A stretch of 62,916 nucleotides of DNA, counting the filler, from Folioceros fuciformis (Eukaryota): assembly GCA_049999805.1 (NCBI GenBank). It is 11 parts of 11 records of this genome, joined end to end, with 100 filler letters (N's around TTAATTAATTAA, not from the genome) between each part and the next. Parts side by side here need not be neighbours in the genome. Positions count along the whole stretch, not along the records: positions 22,307 to 26,475 come from JBNGIO010006430.1; positions 26,576 to 32,517 come from JBNGIO010006431.1; positions 32,618 to 35,242 come from JBNGIO010006433.1; 8 more parts are not named here. The stretch is one strand, 5' to 3'. Below, piece by piece: positions 24,173 through 35,242 of the stretch (position 1 is the stretch's first letter; each line of letters starts with the position of its first letter). The notes under the pieces were generated by a model, which saw only the letters and a list, made by a program, of their open reading frames with translations, made no database searches and was not told the DNA's origin. Both the position numbers and the translations under genes were made by a program.

Positions 24173-24399
24173 GTGAGCGTGGTGTGGTCATACCAAGCTG
24201 GGGATTTGGAAGTGAATGAATGACATTGAAAAAAATGAAATGGCATCATATATAAATGAATGGTATCATACATGAATGAATAAAATGGCATCCTAGATAA
24301 ATGCATAAAATAGCATCCTACATGAATGATGGCATCCTACATAAATGAATGGTAGTGAATAGAATCCAATGGCATTAACGTGCTTAGATGACGAGCACG

Positions 24400-26475
24400 T
24401 CAATGAAATGCCGCTGTTTCCGCTTTGAACTCCTCGAGCAATTCATGTAGGTTCTTCATACCATGCACCTTGTTATCACGGGTGCGAACATTGACCTGCT
24501 CAGTGCTTTCTTCCCTCTCACCGACCACTAGAATGTAGTTGAATTGGGCTAGTTGCGCTTCCCGCACCTTCTTATCAATAGACCGATATGAGATATCCAT
24601 TTCGACATAAAATCCTGCTTCGTGGATGTGGTTGCGGACTCTCCTCGCGTACTCCACGAACTTCCTTGATATAGAGCACACAATGGCCTGACGAGGGCTG
24701 ACCCAAAAAGGCCACTTGCCAACGTAGTTCTCAAGCAGAATTGCAAGCATTCGTTCCACAGATCCAAGAATTGCCCTATGGATCATGACGGGCCTTTCCT
24801 TTCTAGACTTGTCATCTGTGGAGTAGGTCAAGTTGAATCGCATGGGCAATTGAAAGTCTAGTTGAATTGTTGCACACTGAAATTTCCTTTTCAGCGCATC
24901 AAGCACTGTGATATCGATCTTGGGCCCATAGAATGCACCGTCCCCCTCATTCCTCTCCCATGGCTTGTTTAGACCGTTGAGGGCATCCGCCAAAGCCTTT
25001 TCTGCCCGCTCCCATACCGCAAGCTCTCCAAGGTATTTCTCGGGTCTTGTTGACAGTTGAAGTTCGAATGTGAAGCCGAAAATGTCGTAGGCATATTGCA
25101 AGAAGTCTAGAACTCCCTTCACTTCGTCGAGTATTTGGGACTCCATGCAAAAGATATGTGCATCGTCCTGCTGAAACCTCCTAACTCTTGTTAGACCTGT
25201 CAACGCTCCACTCTTCTCGTTGCGATGGAGCACTCCAAAGTCGGCTAGACGCAATGGCAACTCCCTATAAGATCGTACCCTATGGCCAAACATGAGGCAA
25301 TGACCTGGGCAATTCATTGGTTTCAACCCATATTCTTGCTTTTCGACCTCACAAAGAAACATGTTCTCCTTATAGTTGGCAGCATGGCCAGATGTTTCAA
25401 AGAGCTTCATATCAAACATATTTGGAGTTATGACCTCCTCGTAGCCACGCTTTCGGTACTCTGCGCGAATAAACTCCATGAGCTTATTGTATATCCTAGT
25501 TCCATGAGGCAAAAAGAAAGCACTACCTGGGCTTAGTTCATGGAAGTGGAACAATTCCTGCTTCACACCAAGGATTCTGTGATCCCGTTTCTTTGCCTCT
25601 TCGATGGCCTCAAGGTACTCCTTCAGCTTCTTTTGATCAGGATATGAGATCCCATAAACGCGTTGCAGCGTCTCTCGGTCTGCTCTACCTCTCCAGTAGG
25701 ATGCGGATGCCTTCGTTAGGGCAAAAGCCTTTGCAAATGCTGTGGTGGGCACGTGAGGCCCTCGGCAAAGGTCAACCAAAGGCCCGCACCTATACACCGT
25801 GATGGTCTTATCCTCTGGCAATTCTTGAATGATTTCAACCTTGAACGGGTTATTAAAGAAGATGTCGAGTGCTTGTTGTCTCGTCACTTCTATGCGCTCG
25901 AAAGCTTGCTTTTCTTGAACAGCTTTGTCTACTTGGGACTTGATCTCCTCAAAGCGCTCTTCGTTTAGGGTGACGTCCCCATAGAAGGCATCATAGTAGA
26001 AACCCTCGGTTCTTGTTGTGCAGGGTCCAATACATAATTTGCAGTCGTACACAATCTCCAATGCCTGCCCTAGGATGTGAGCACTAGAATGCCAAAACGT
26101 GTCTCGTCCTTCTTTGTCTTCGAAAGTAAATATTTTAAGCTGACAATCTCCCTCCAAGGGTCTTCCTAGGTCCCAAAGGACACCATCAACCTCCGAAATG
26201 AGAGCGGCCGTTGCCAATTGTTTGGAAATTTGCTTGGCAATGTCGAGGGGCGAAGTTCGCCATTTAACCCCATCTCTCACGGAACCATCACGAAGTGTGA
26301 TTTTGATCGGGTCCCCAGCAATTTCATTCAACCGTTCTTGGGCAATACGCTGAATCTCCTCAAATTTGGAGATCCTCTTCTTTTGACTTTCGGTTAACGC
26401 TCCTGCTGATTTACTAAACCCTAAACCCGAGGACTTGGAAATCCTCTTCTTTCTAATCTTGCTCACATCCAATCT
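24400..26475 (-). CDS. ThrRS: Cytosolic-type threonyl-tRNA synthetase, intronless and uninterrupted (~744 aa when joined to 22354-22512)
   Basis: TGS domain; editing HSSAH and DLCRGPH; catalytic KPMNCPGHC, RNEKSGALTGLTRVRRFQQDDAHIFC, GAFYGPKID, QLDFQLP, HRAILGSVERM; anticodon domain KKVREAQLAQFNYILVVG. Confidence 0.97.
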   Translation of the reverse strand, partial: RLDVSKIRKKRISKSSGLGFSKSAGALTESQKKRISKFEEIQRIAQERLNEIAGDPIKITLRDGSVRDGVKWRTSPLDIAKQISKQLATAALISEVDGVLWDLGRPLEGDCQLKIFTFEDKEGRDTFWHSSAHILGQALEIVYDCKLCIGPCTTRTEGFYYDAFYGDVTLNEERFEEIKSQVDKAVQEKQAFERIEVTRQQALDIFFNNPFKVEIIQELPEDKTITVYRCGPLVDLCRGPHVPTTAFAKAFALTKASASYWRGRADRETLQRVYGISYPDQKKLKEYLEAIEEAKKRDHRILGVKQELFHFHELSPGSAFFLPHGTRIYNKLMEFIRAEYRKRGYEEVITPNMFDMKLFETSGHAANYKENMFLCEVEKQEYGLKPMNCPGHCLMFGHRVRSYRELPLRLADFGVLHRNEKSGALTGLTRVRRFQQDDAHIFCMESQILDEVKGVLDFLQYAYDIFGFTFELQLSTRPEKYLGELAVWERAEKALADALNGLNKPWERNEGDGAFYGPKIDITVLDALKRKFQCATIQLDFQLPMRFNLTYSTDDKSRKERPVMIHRAILGSVERMLAILLENYVGKWPFWVSPRQAIVCSISRKFVEYARRVRNHIHEAGFYVEMDISYRSIDKKVREAQLAQFNYILVVGEREESTEQVNVRTRDNKVHGMKNLHELLEEFKAETAAFH

Positions 26476-26575
26476 NNNNNNNNNNNNNNNNNNNNNNNNN
26501 NNNNNNNNNNNNNNNNNNNTTAATTAATTAANNNNNNNNNNNNNNNNNNNNNNNNNNNNNNNNNNNNNNNNNNNN

Positions 26576-29500
26576 AAGTGTTCTTGGTGGATGTTGATTG
26601 TATGGTCTGCATGATTAAAATGGAATTGGACTCCTAATGAAAAAGAGAGTTCTCCTAAATCACTCATCTCGAACCTCGTAAGCAAGATCCTCTTAACCTT
26701 ATCCATCAAGGCAGCTGACGTACTAAACAGGAAATTGTCGTCCACATAGATAGAAAGTATTATGAAATCTCGAACTTCACATAGTATGTAGACACTATTG
26801 TCAGCATCAAGGCAAGTAAAACCTAGCTCAATGAGAACTTGGTGAAAACATTCATTCCATGCCCTGGAAGACTGTTTTAGACCATACAATGTTTATAGAA
26901 GTTTCAGAACCTTGTCTGGATTCTTTATGTAGCCTTCAGGCTGACACATGTAGATGTCCTCTTCTAGACGACCATGCAAAAAAGCAGTTTTAACATCTAA
27001 CTGGTGGACGGTAAGATTGAAATGGGCAGCTATAGCAAGGAGAATTCTGATAGAGGTGGATTTTACAACAGGCGCAAAAGTCTCAGTGTAGTCAAGGCCA
27101 GGTACCTCACTGTAGCCCTTGGCTACCAGTCTTGCTTTGTACCTACTTACACTCCCGTCAGTGTTCAACTTTTTCCTGAATACCCACTTGCAAGCAACAG
27201 GCTTGCGACCAGGAGGTAAATCAACTTCTTCCCAAGTATGATTCTGTAGGAGGGAAGAATGTTCTGAGTCTATAGCCTGCTTCCAATGTTCGGCCTCAGG
27301 GCCTTCAACTACCTCTCGATAGGTAGCAGGTTCACTAAGAGAAGCAGCTGCATTGAGAGCAAAGTCTGAGGAGGAGGGTTCTGTAGTGACCATATCGACA
27401 ACATAGTCTGGCTTCCATTCATCTATTGGACGACGAGCTCTTGTTGAGCGATGAAGAGGAGGGTCGACGGGCTCATCTTCTTCAATGGCAAGACCAGCAA
27501 GAGTGGGTGAGAGCATTGGTTCAGCAACTTCATCATCAACAAATGCAGGAACTTCAATGGGATGAGTAGCTTCTGGAACAATTGAATCTTCGGATGGGTG
27601 GTTGTGCACAACAGATGAAGGTGGCTGTGCAGACTGTGCTGGTGCTGGCTCGGGCTGCTGGATGGAGCTCCCCCTTGAACCCAGAGGCTCCTCATCGTCG
27701 TCATAGGTGGTCAAGGAAAGAGAATCAAGGGGCTCATCAATTTGAACACCATAAATCGAGGAAGAACCCTCAGTAGGTGTATGCACCAGTTGCAGGTGGC
27801 GTTGAAGAAGGGCATTCTCGTTAAAAACTACACTTCGTGAAATAGTCAGTGAGCGAGGATCAGGATCAAAAAGCGTATAGCCCTTCACATCATCGGAATA
27901 GCCAACAAAGATACGTCGATGTGCCTTGGGATCTAGCTTGGTACACAACTTAGAGGGAATAAAAGCATATGCAGGTGAGCCAAACACACATAGGTGAGAA
28001 ATGCGAGGTTTCCTGCCTGTCCATCTTTCATATGGTGTGATTGATCCCAACTCCTTCGTAGGTAGCCGATTCTAGATGTAGTTGGTAGCCATGAGGGCCT
28101 CCGCCCAGTAACCACGAATGAGGCCAGCAAAAAGTAAACTTGCCAAGGTGGCCTCCTGCAGTGTTCTATTCTTCCGCTCAGCAAAGGAGTTTTGTGTTGG
28201 AGCGTAGGGCACAGTGAATTGATGATGAATCCCTTCATCTTCACAAAAATCCTGGAAAGCTGGGCTGGTATACTCACCACTATTGTCTGTACGGAGAATC
28301 TTCACACGGGCACCAGTCTACCTTTGTGCATACCTCACAAGAGATTGGAAGCACTCAAGGGCTTCACTCTTGTGCTTGAGCAAATATACGGTGCAATACC
28401 GGCTCCACTCGTCTACAAATGTGATAAAATATGATGCACCTCCAAAAGAAGCCGTCGATATGGGGCCGCAGATGTCACTGTGAATTGTTTCAAGGACTGC
28501 CCTTGCACGGGTAAGGTGCTTGTCCCGGTAAGGCAAGGAATGTGCCTTGCTCATTGCACATGAGTCACAGAAAGGGCTGGACTCTGGGATGAAGTTGAGG
28601 GTATCTCTAAAACTACCACTATGAGCTAGAGACAACAATTTTTGAAAATTAACATGGCCAAGGCGACAGTGCCAGAGATGCATGGTGGGTTTCGCCTGGA
28701 GGGCATGTGCAGATGGAATGGTAGGAGGTTCCAAAGTTAAGACATCAAGCATGTACAAGTCATTATACGGGTGGCCAGAAAACAACTTATGATTGGAGTT
28801 GGGGCTAAATATATGACAACCTGTGTGGTCGAAGCAAAAACTTGACACAAGTGTTCTTGGGTGAGTTTGTAAACAGACATGAGGTTCTTCATCATAGCTG
28901 GGACATAGAGTACTCCTGATAGGGTGAGACTCCCATGCCCAGGTAGTTGTATCATGACACAACCTGTGCCCTTTATTGATAAACCACTATCATCACCTAA
29001 CAGCACAAATCGCTTATCATTCTTAGAGGGAACAAAAGATGAGAAGGCACGCCTGTCTAGACATATGTGACTTGTAGCACCTGAATCTAGAAACCACTTA
29101 TCTTGCTAGACAGTGACAGAAGTCACACAAACAGCAAGTATTGAAGGCAGCTTGGCTCTGCCCACGGCTACATTGGACTCTGGAAGAGCTCACTCCTTTC
29201 TTGGTTCACCATTGCTCTTCTTTCTGCAGTCCCTCTCATAATGCCCTGGTATTTTACACTAGTTGCATCTAAAAGTTTTCTTCTGCAAGTTGGGCAGCCT
29301 TGATGAAGGTGGATTGAACGAGCCTCTTCCACGACCTTGTCCACGATATCCTCCACGCCCACATGAGGCAGACAACACCCGATTGCTGTTGTTGCTTGTA
29401 GAGCCTCTATTCTTGTAAAGAGTCCTTGACCTTTCTTCCGCCAAGAGTGCTCCAAGGACTTCCACCAAGGTAACATTAGGCGTGCTCCCAGCTGTTGCTG

Positions 29501-30660
29501 CCTGAACTGCTGCTTGAATAGTTAGTTGCATTTTGTGAACTCACCAACTGTCCGCAGGCGTCTGGCAGAGAAGTAAGAAGGCTTTTAGCAGCCTAAACTT
29601 CTGTTAAAACAGTGCCACAGCAAGCCAAGTTAGCCCTCAAGGTCCTAAACTTGTGTATATAGCCCTCGATGGGCTCATAGTCCTTCATCCACAAGTTGAA
29701 AAAATCACGGTATGTATGCACCATCGAGGCTGAGCTTTTGTCTTCATAGATGAGTTTGAATGCCTTCCACACAGCATTAGAGGTGGCTGCACCTATTGTA
29801 TGAGGCATCACCAGGGAGGCAATCAGTATTGATCGAGCCCTCCTATCCTTCCGCTGCCAAGCTAGGACATTTTCTAGTGGGGATGCAGGACAGGCTTCTG
29901 AGCCGTCTACAACGCCCATCAACTCATGCTCATCAAAGATCTGCGTTACCCTCATGGACCAGATAGCATAATCGGTCCCATTAAACCTGTCTTTGTCCCT
30001 GAACTCTATTTTGAGAGGAACGACACTAGGAGTTGCTGTGAGGATAGGGGCAAGAGTGCCACTTGATATATTTGCTAAGATAGTGTTACTCACCAACCTG
30101 AACTGCGACCTATGCTCAAGAAGCAACCTAGACTGCACTGCTTGAGGAGAGAAATCAAAAGGTGAGTAATCCACAAACTCGATGTCAGAATCGTGAAAAA
30201 GAAAAGGCAAATCAGCAGTGTTGTCCCCCTTAGGTTGCATATGACATGGATTCTCAGAGTATCGAAGAACAATGCCCAGACATTGAGACCTGTTTGTCAA
30301 GACTCAAAGCAGAAAGATGATCCTGAAAAATCTCATGAACAATCTAGATAGATTCAGAAAGGCAGTCAATCAACTCCTTTTGAGCGTGCAGGCGTTGCAG
30401 ATTGGTGACAGGGAGGTGGACCAAAGATCTGGCAGTGACGCGGGTTGAAGATAGTGTTCTTCGCGTTCTCGCAAAGGGGCTAGCAATTAGGTCGAATCTC
30501 AAACGGTTGTGCGCTCGTAGAACAACTAGCTCTCAGGCCATGGCGCTGAACAATGGAAGGCGGTGTTGGGCGTGATGTGCACTTTTCCTCCTCTCTGCAC
30601 TCGGGGCAAAGCAGGCCGGAAACGGCAACTGGACGAGGCGGGATTAAGGTCAACAGACGA
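26576..30660 (-). mobile_element. Ty1/copia element C, degenerate gag-pol with leader remnant
   Basis: FRDKDRFNG (Gag), WHCRLGH...CDSC, HSDICGP, TDNSGEY, CKWVFR/YKARL, HQLDVKTAFL, YGLKQ, IYVDD; many stops and frameshifts. Confidence 0.95.
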
Positions 30661-30664
30661 CTAT

Positions 30665-31905
30665 ACAATGCATGCAAATTATTGAAAGCGCTTTATGGAC
30701 TCAAACAAAGCGCTATGGAGTGGTACTCTAAGTTAGATGAAGCCTTAGAGGCCTTAGGGTTACCAAACTAGACTCCAATAGCAATATCTATATTAGAAAA
30801 TAAGATGGTTGTTTTATTCTACTTGCTGTATATGTAGACGATATTGTTCTAATGTCTAACTCCAAAGCCATGGTAAAAGAGACTAGGTCAATGCTTTCGA
30901 AGCATTTTGCTATGACCACTTGCAGGGATTTATCTTATTGTTTACGCATTCAAATAGTTAGACACAGAGAGTCTAGAAATATATTTATACATCAATCCAA
31001 ATATATTCAAGAAGTTTTAACTAAGTACAAGATGCAAGACTCTAATCCTATATCCACACTAATGGAAGTTAACCTTAAGCTGATTAAGGCAGATCGAGAC
31101 TCAACTCCATATCTTGACACGAATGGGGTACCCTACTCTTTAGCAACTGTTGAAAGCCTTATGTACTTAATGGTCTGCACTAGACCAGACCTTGTATTTC
31201 CAGTGGGAGCACTCTCTCAGTTTTTATCATCTCCCACACAAGAACATTGGAAGGCTATTAAGCGCATATTTAGATATCTTAGATCTACTTCGGATATGGG
31301 ACTCCTATACCAGTCCTCTACTAAGCAAGATGAGCACCTTCAGCTTCAAGGATATAGTGGTGCTGATTGGGTAGGGGACAAGGACGTTAGAAAGAGCATA
31401 AGCAGCTATGTGTATTTGGTCGAAGGCACAGCCACGAGTTGGAGCAGCAAGCGGTAACAGATGATTGCTCTAAGCTCCACGGAAGCAGAATATTGCTCCT
31501 TGACACATGCTTGCAAAGAAGGACTATGGCAACTCCTACAACTATCGGAATTAGCAGAAGCTCAACATCTTCCAAGATCCCTCTACTGTGACAACCAGGG
31601 AGCTATCTCGCTTACCTATGGTGCTAAGTACCATGCGCGTACCAAACACATAGAGGTACAATTTCATTTTATCCAGAAAGTAGTTTAGGACGGAAAATTT
31701 GGAGTCCTATATTGGCCGACAAAACTAATGACAGTTGATATCCTTACCAAAGCCCTCAGCTCGGCTAAATAAACACCAGCAGCACTGCGCATCAATGGGC
31801 TTAAGAAGACTATCTCAAGCTTTCTTTAGCAACAATTAATACTCATGTATTCTAAATATAAATCCTAAGTCTAATATTAAGTCACTAAGTGAGAGTGTTA
31901 CAATA
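30665..31905 (+). mobile_element. Copia RT/RNase H 3' fragment with PPT and start of 3' LTR
   Basis: LYGLKQSAMEW, YVDD, CTRPDL, GYSGADWVG, ALSSTEAEY, YCDNQGAI, HARTKHIEV; purine-rich AAGTGAGAG followed by TGTTAC at 31896. Confidence 0.9.
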
Positions 31906-34449
31906 ATAGTATCCGTAGCATTAGTTAGGGCACGGTTCACTTATACTAAGCGGTTGCGTTCGAAGGCACCGCTTTATCATAACACATAACCTATACAGAC
32001 CACGAAAGTAATCGATTCTCTTGCTTGCACGCTGATCGGTCAGGGATGCATTGAACGTTTTCATATAAATGCAGTGACTACTCCTGCGAGGAAATCGCGG
32101 GGCAACACCAACTTACGTCTCCTGCTACATACTAAAGACAGCCGCAAAACGTAGATTGAAGATCGATCTTGTGCCGTGTGTGACGTATGCCGGGAGGCGC
32201 AGAGCATATTGCTCTGCTGTCGGCTGCAGTTTTGCTACTGAATTGGGCGACGGCAAGGAGGAGGCGAGACACACTAAATTTCACGTCCAATGTATAAATG
32301 ATCTGCCAAACAAACAAACACGGACGAGGCCGAGGCCGAATGGGCACACAGCAGTCGCAGGTTCTAGACAGGGATACAAACAGTCTCAGACTGTCGGTGC
32401 GCGGGTGCGTGGAGGTGTGGCAGTCGGACTCCCATCCACCGGAGCAACGCCAGCGAGAGACAATTCACAAGTGTCACGGCATAGCAAGGAAAGGCAAGGC
32501 AAGGCAATGCGACGCAGNNNNNNNNNNNNNNNNNNNNNNNNNNNNNNNNNNNNNNNNNNNNTTAATTAATTAANNNNNNNNNNNNNNNNNNNNNNNNNNN
32601 NNNNNNNNNNNNNNNNNCTCCACCACCCTCCCTCAAGGCGCCCTCCAGCCCGGCCACTGCAGCCACAGCCTCGAGAGCGCCCCTCCCACGGCAGCCACAG
32701 CCACAGCAAGATCCCGGACTAAGGCGCCCCCACCTCGGCCTCGGCCAGCGACAGAAGATGCAAATTCGGCCCTGCCGGACCCCAATTTGCCCCAGCCCCT
32801 GCGTCCAACATAGTCGCAGCTCACGGAAGCCCTCCCTGGCATACATAACCCGGATTCAAGATGTCTCTACATATCTCCACCATGGCCAATTCTGGCATGC
32901 GCTATTCGCCATTCTGCCATCACAATTATGCGCGGCTCGCTGTTGCTACTCGCCCGCCTTTCATCGCCCTGCACGCCACCAGAATGCAATGTCACCTTTC
33001 ACAACGCCGCAGCATCGCATCCCTCGCATCCCCGCCAGCCCCACCCCAAAGTGACGCTACCAGCGACTGAGCTCGAAAGATCGCAATACTAATAGGGCTA
33101 CCAACCAGGGCACACATACAAAACCTCACTGCACTTATGCGACCCCGCCTCCTAAACGAATTCTACCTAATTAACATAATAACACCATCCATAGTACCCT
33201 TTTTTCGTTTACCATAGAATATCTTATATAGACAACATGTTTTAACTTTATTTAAAGGAAGAGATGGAAAGACCCAATCTGCCTATCCCGAATCAAAGAA
33301 GAGCAAAGGGCCAAGAACCGGAGGCTCTTATGCAAATTACAACATAGCCTATTACACTAAGAGTGTCATAGTTGGAGACGATCAAGGGCCTACTCCAAGC
33401 CAATTCTCACCATACAAATCACACTAGGCAACACTCTACATGGGATGATGGAAACCCACTATCTCGAACCAAGACAATCATAGAGGAAAGAGGGAGACAC
33501 ACCCTATTTGAGCCATGGTATAGGCATTAGCAATCTTAATAAACCTTTAGCACACTTCTTAATAAGCCTTGAAAAATCCTTTCCATGAGTCTCTAAGCCT
33601 TAATGGCAAGGCCAATAGAGGTATATTCCTTCTACAAAGATGAGTACTTATGCACCTTGCTAGTCATGCATCCCTCAACCACCCGTTCTCGAGAGTTGAT
33701 GGAGACATGCCTATGGACCAATCGCCAAGTAGGATCCTAATAGCCTATACATAGGGTTGTCGAGCAACATGTGTTCATGCAAGGTAGTCGGAAAGCAAAA
33801 TCAAGAAACATGTTCTACAACATGTGCTCCTAGAGGGTAGTAAGGAAGCAAAATCAAATGTAAGGTATTAGACATAAACACTGCTCAACAACATTAACAA
33901 GAGGGTAACAAGTCTGTAAAGTTGCACTTTCCTTCTAATAACAGACACGTAACCCTATTAAGCAGCATGTATAAGAGAGCTGTAGCTGGAAGCTAGCAAG
34001 AAAGGTAAATTGGATATGAGGCAATAGGCACACAACACTAATCAATTGTAATAAGAGAGTAGGCAACATCAAACTTGCTTACCAACAGCAACAAGAAGAC
34101 AACATGAAAGCAAAATTGGATGCAAGGTTGCAAACGGATAATGGTGCCCAACATCATGGCCAAAGGAAAGCAAAATTAGATCTAAAGCGACAAGCACGCA
34201 ACGTTACCTATCACCATGGCAACAAGGAAGCAAAAATAGACTTGCCTACCAGTAGCAAGATAAAGAAAAATATATACTTTATTATAAAAAAAGGTGGAAA
34301 AACTTATCTATCTTAAAAGAGGAAAACAAAACCACAAAAGCAACGTAGCTCAAGAGACTATTCCTCAACACCACCTTACATTAAGCTACCAACCAAGCTA
34401 GAAGTTGAAAGGGTCTACTTAGTATCATGATTACTATCACTAATGCTAT

Positions 34450-35242
34450 ATCATTGCACTTGTTGTCATTATGCTCAAAGTACTCGTTGTCTGCACTTGC
34501 TGTCGTTATGCTCAAAGTAGTCGATGTCAGCACTTGTTGTTGTTATGCTCAAAGTACTCGATGTTTCCACTTGTTGTCGTTATGCTTAAAGTACTCGCTA
34601 TCCTTATGCTCCCAGCACTCGCACTTGTTGTCTTTATGCTCAAAGTACTTGTTGTCTTTATGCTCTCAGCACTCACTATTGTTGTGATCCTAGCACACTC
34701 ACTATTGTTATGCTCCTAGCATACATTATCGTTATGTTTCCTACATTACAATCGTTATGCTCCCTGCACCATTGCTATTGTTATGTTCCTTGCATTATTG
34801 TTGTTATGCTCCCAGCTATTTGAAAAATAGGGAGCCATCTCTTCCTTTGGTATATATTGTCTTCAAGCTCACCTGCATAAACTCTTTTGAGAACGAATTT
34901 GCTCCTCAACGAACTATAGTAGCTCCTCTTTTTCAATCTTTTTTGAAAATTTTGTTCCTTTATAAATTTTGTAAGCAAATCAAAGTCCACCTTTTGGATG
35001 GACTCGTCGCCATATGTTTGGAGGATCTTTTATTCCTTCTGTAACGATTGTAACGTAGGAAACATAACGATTGTAATGTAGGATAATGATCGTCAGTACA
35101 TAACGATTGTAATGTAGGATAATGATCGTCACTACATGCTCCTTCTTTCCCTTAAGCAATTGGTTGTAATATAGTTAAATGTGGAGTAGCAAAGACTTCT
35201 TTCCCTTAAGCAATTGGTTGTAATATAGTTAAATGTGGAGTA
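34450..35242. repeat. Degenerate short tandem repeats
   Basis: Recurrent CACTTGTTGTCGTTATGCTCAAAGTACT-like units at ~34450-34810; duplicated CATAACGATTGTAATGTAGGATAATGATCGTC and TCTTTCCCTTAAGCAATTGGTTGTAATATAGTTAAATGTGGAGTA at ~35060-35242. Confidence 0.8.

Noticed and set aside
33200-33800. Possible very old LINE 3' remnant on the minus strand
   Set aside because: All frames examined contain many stops and no diagnostic motif could be read.
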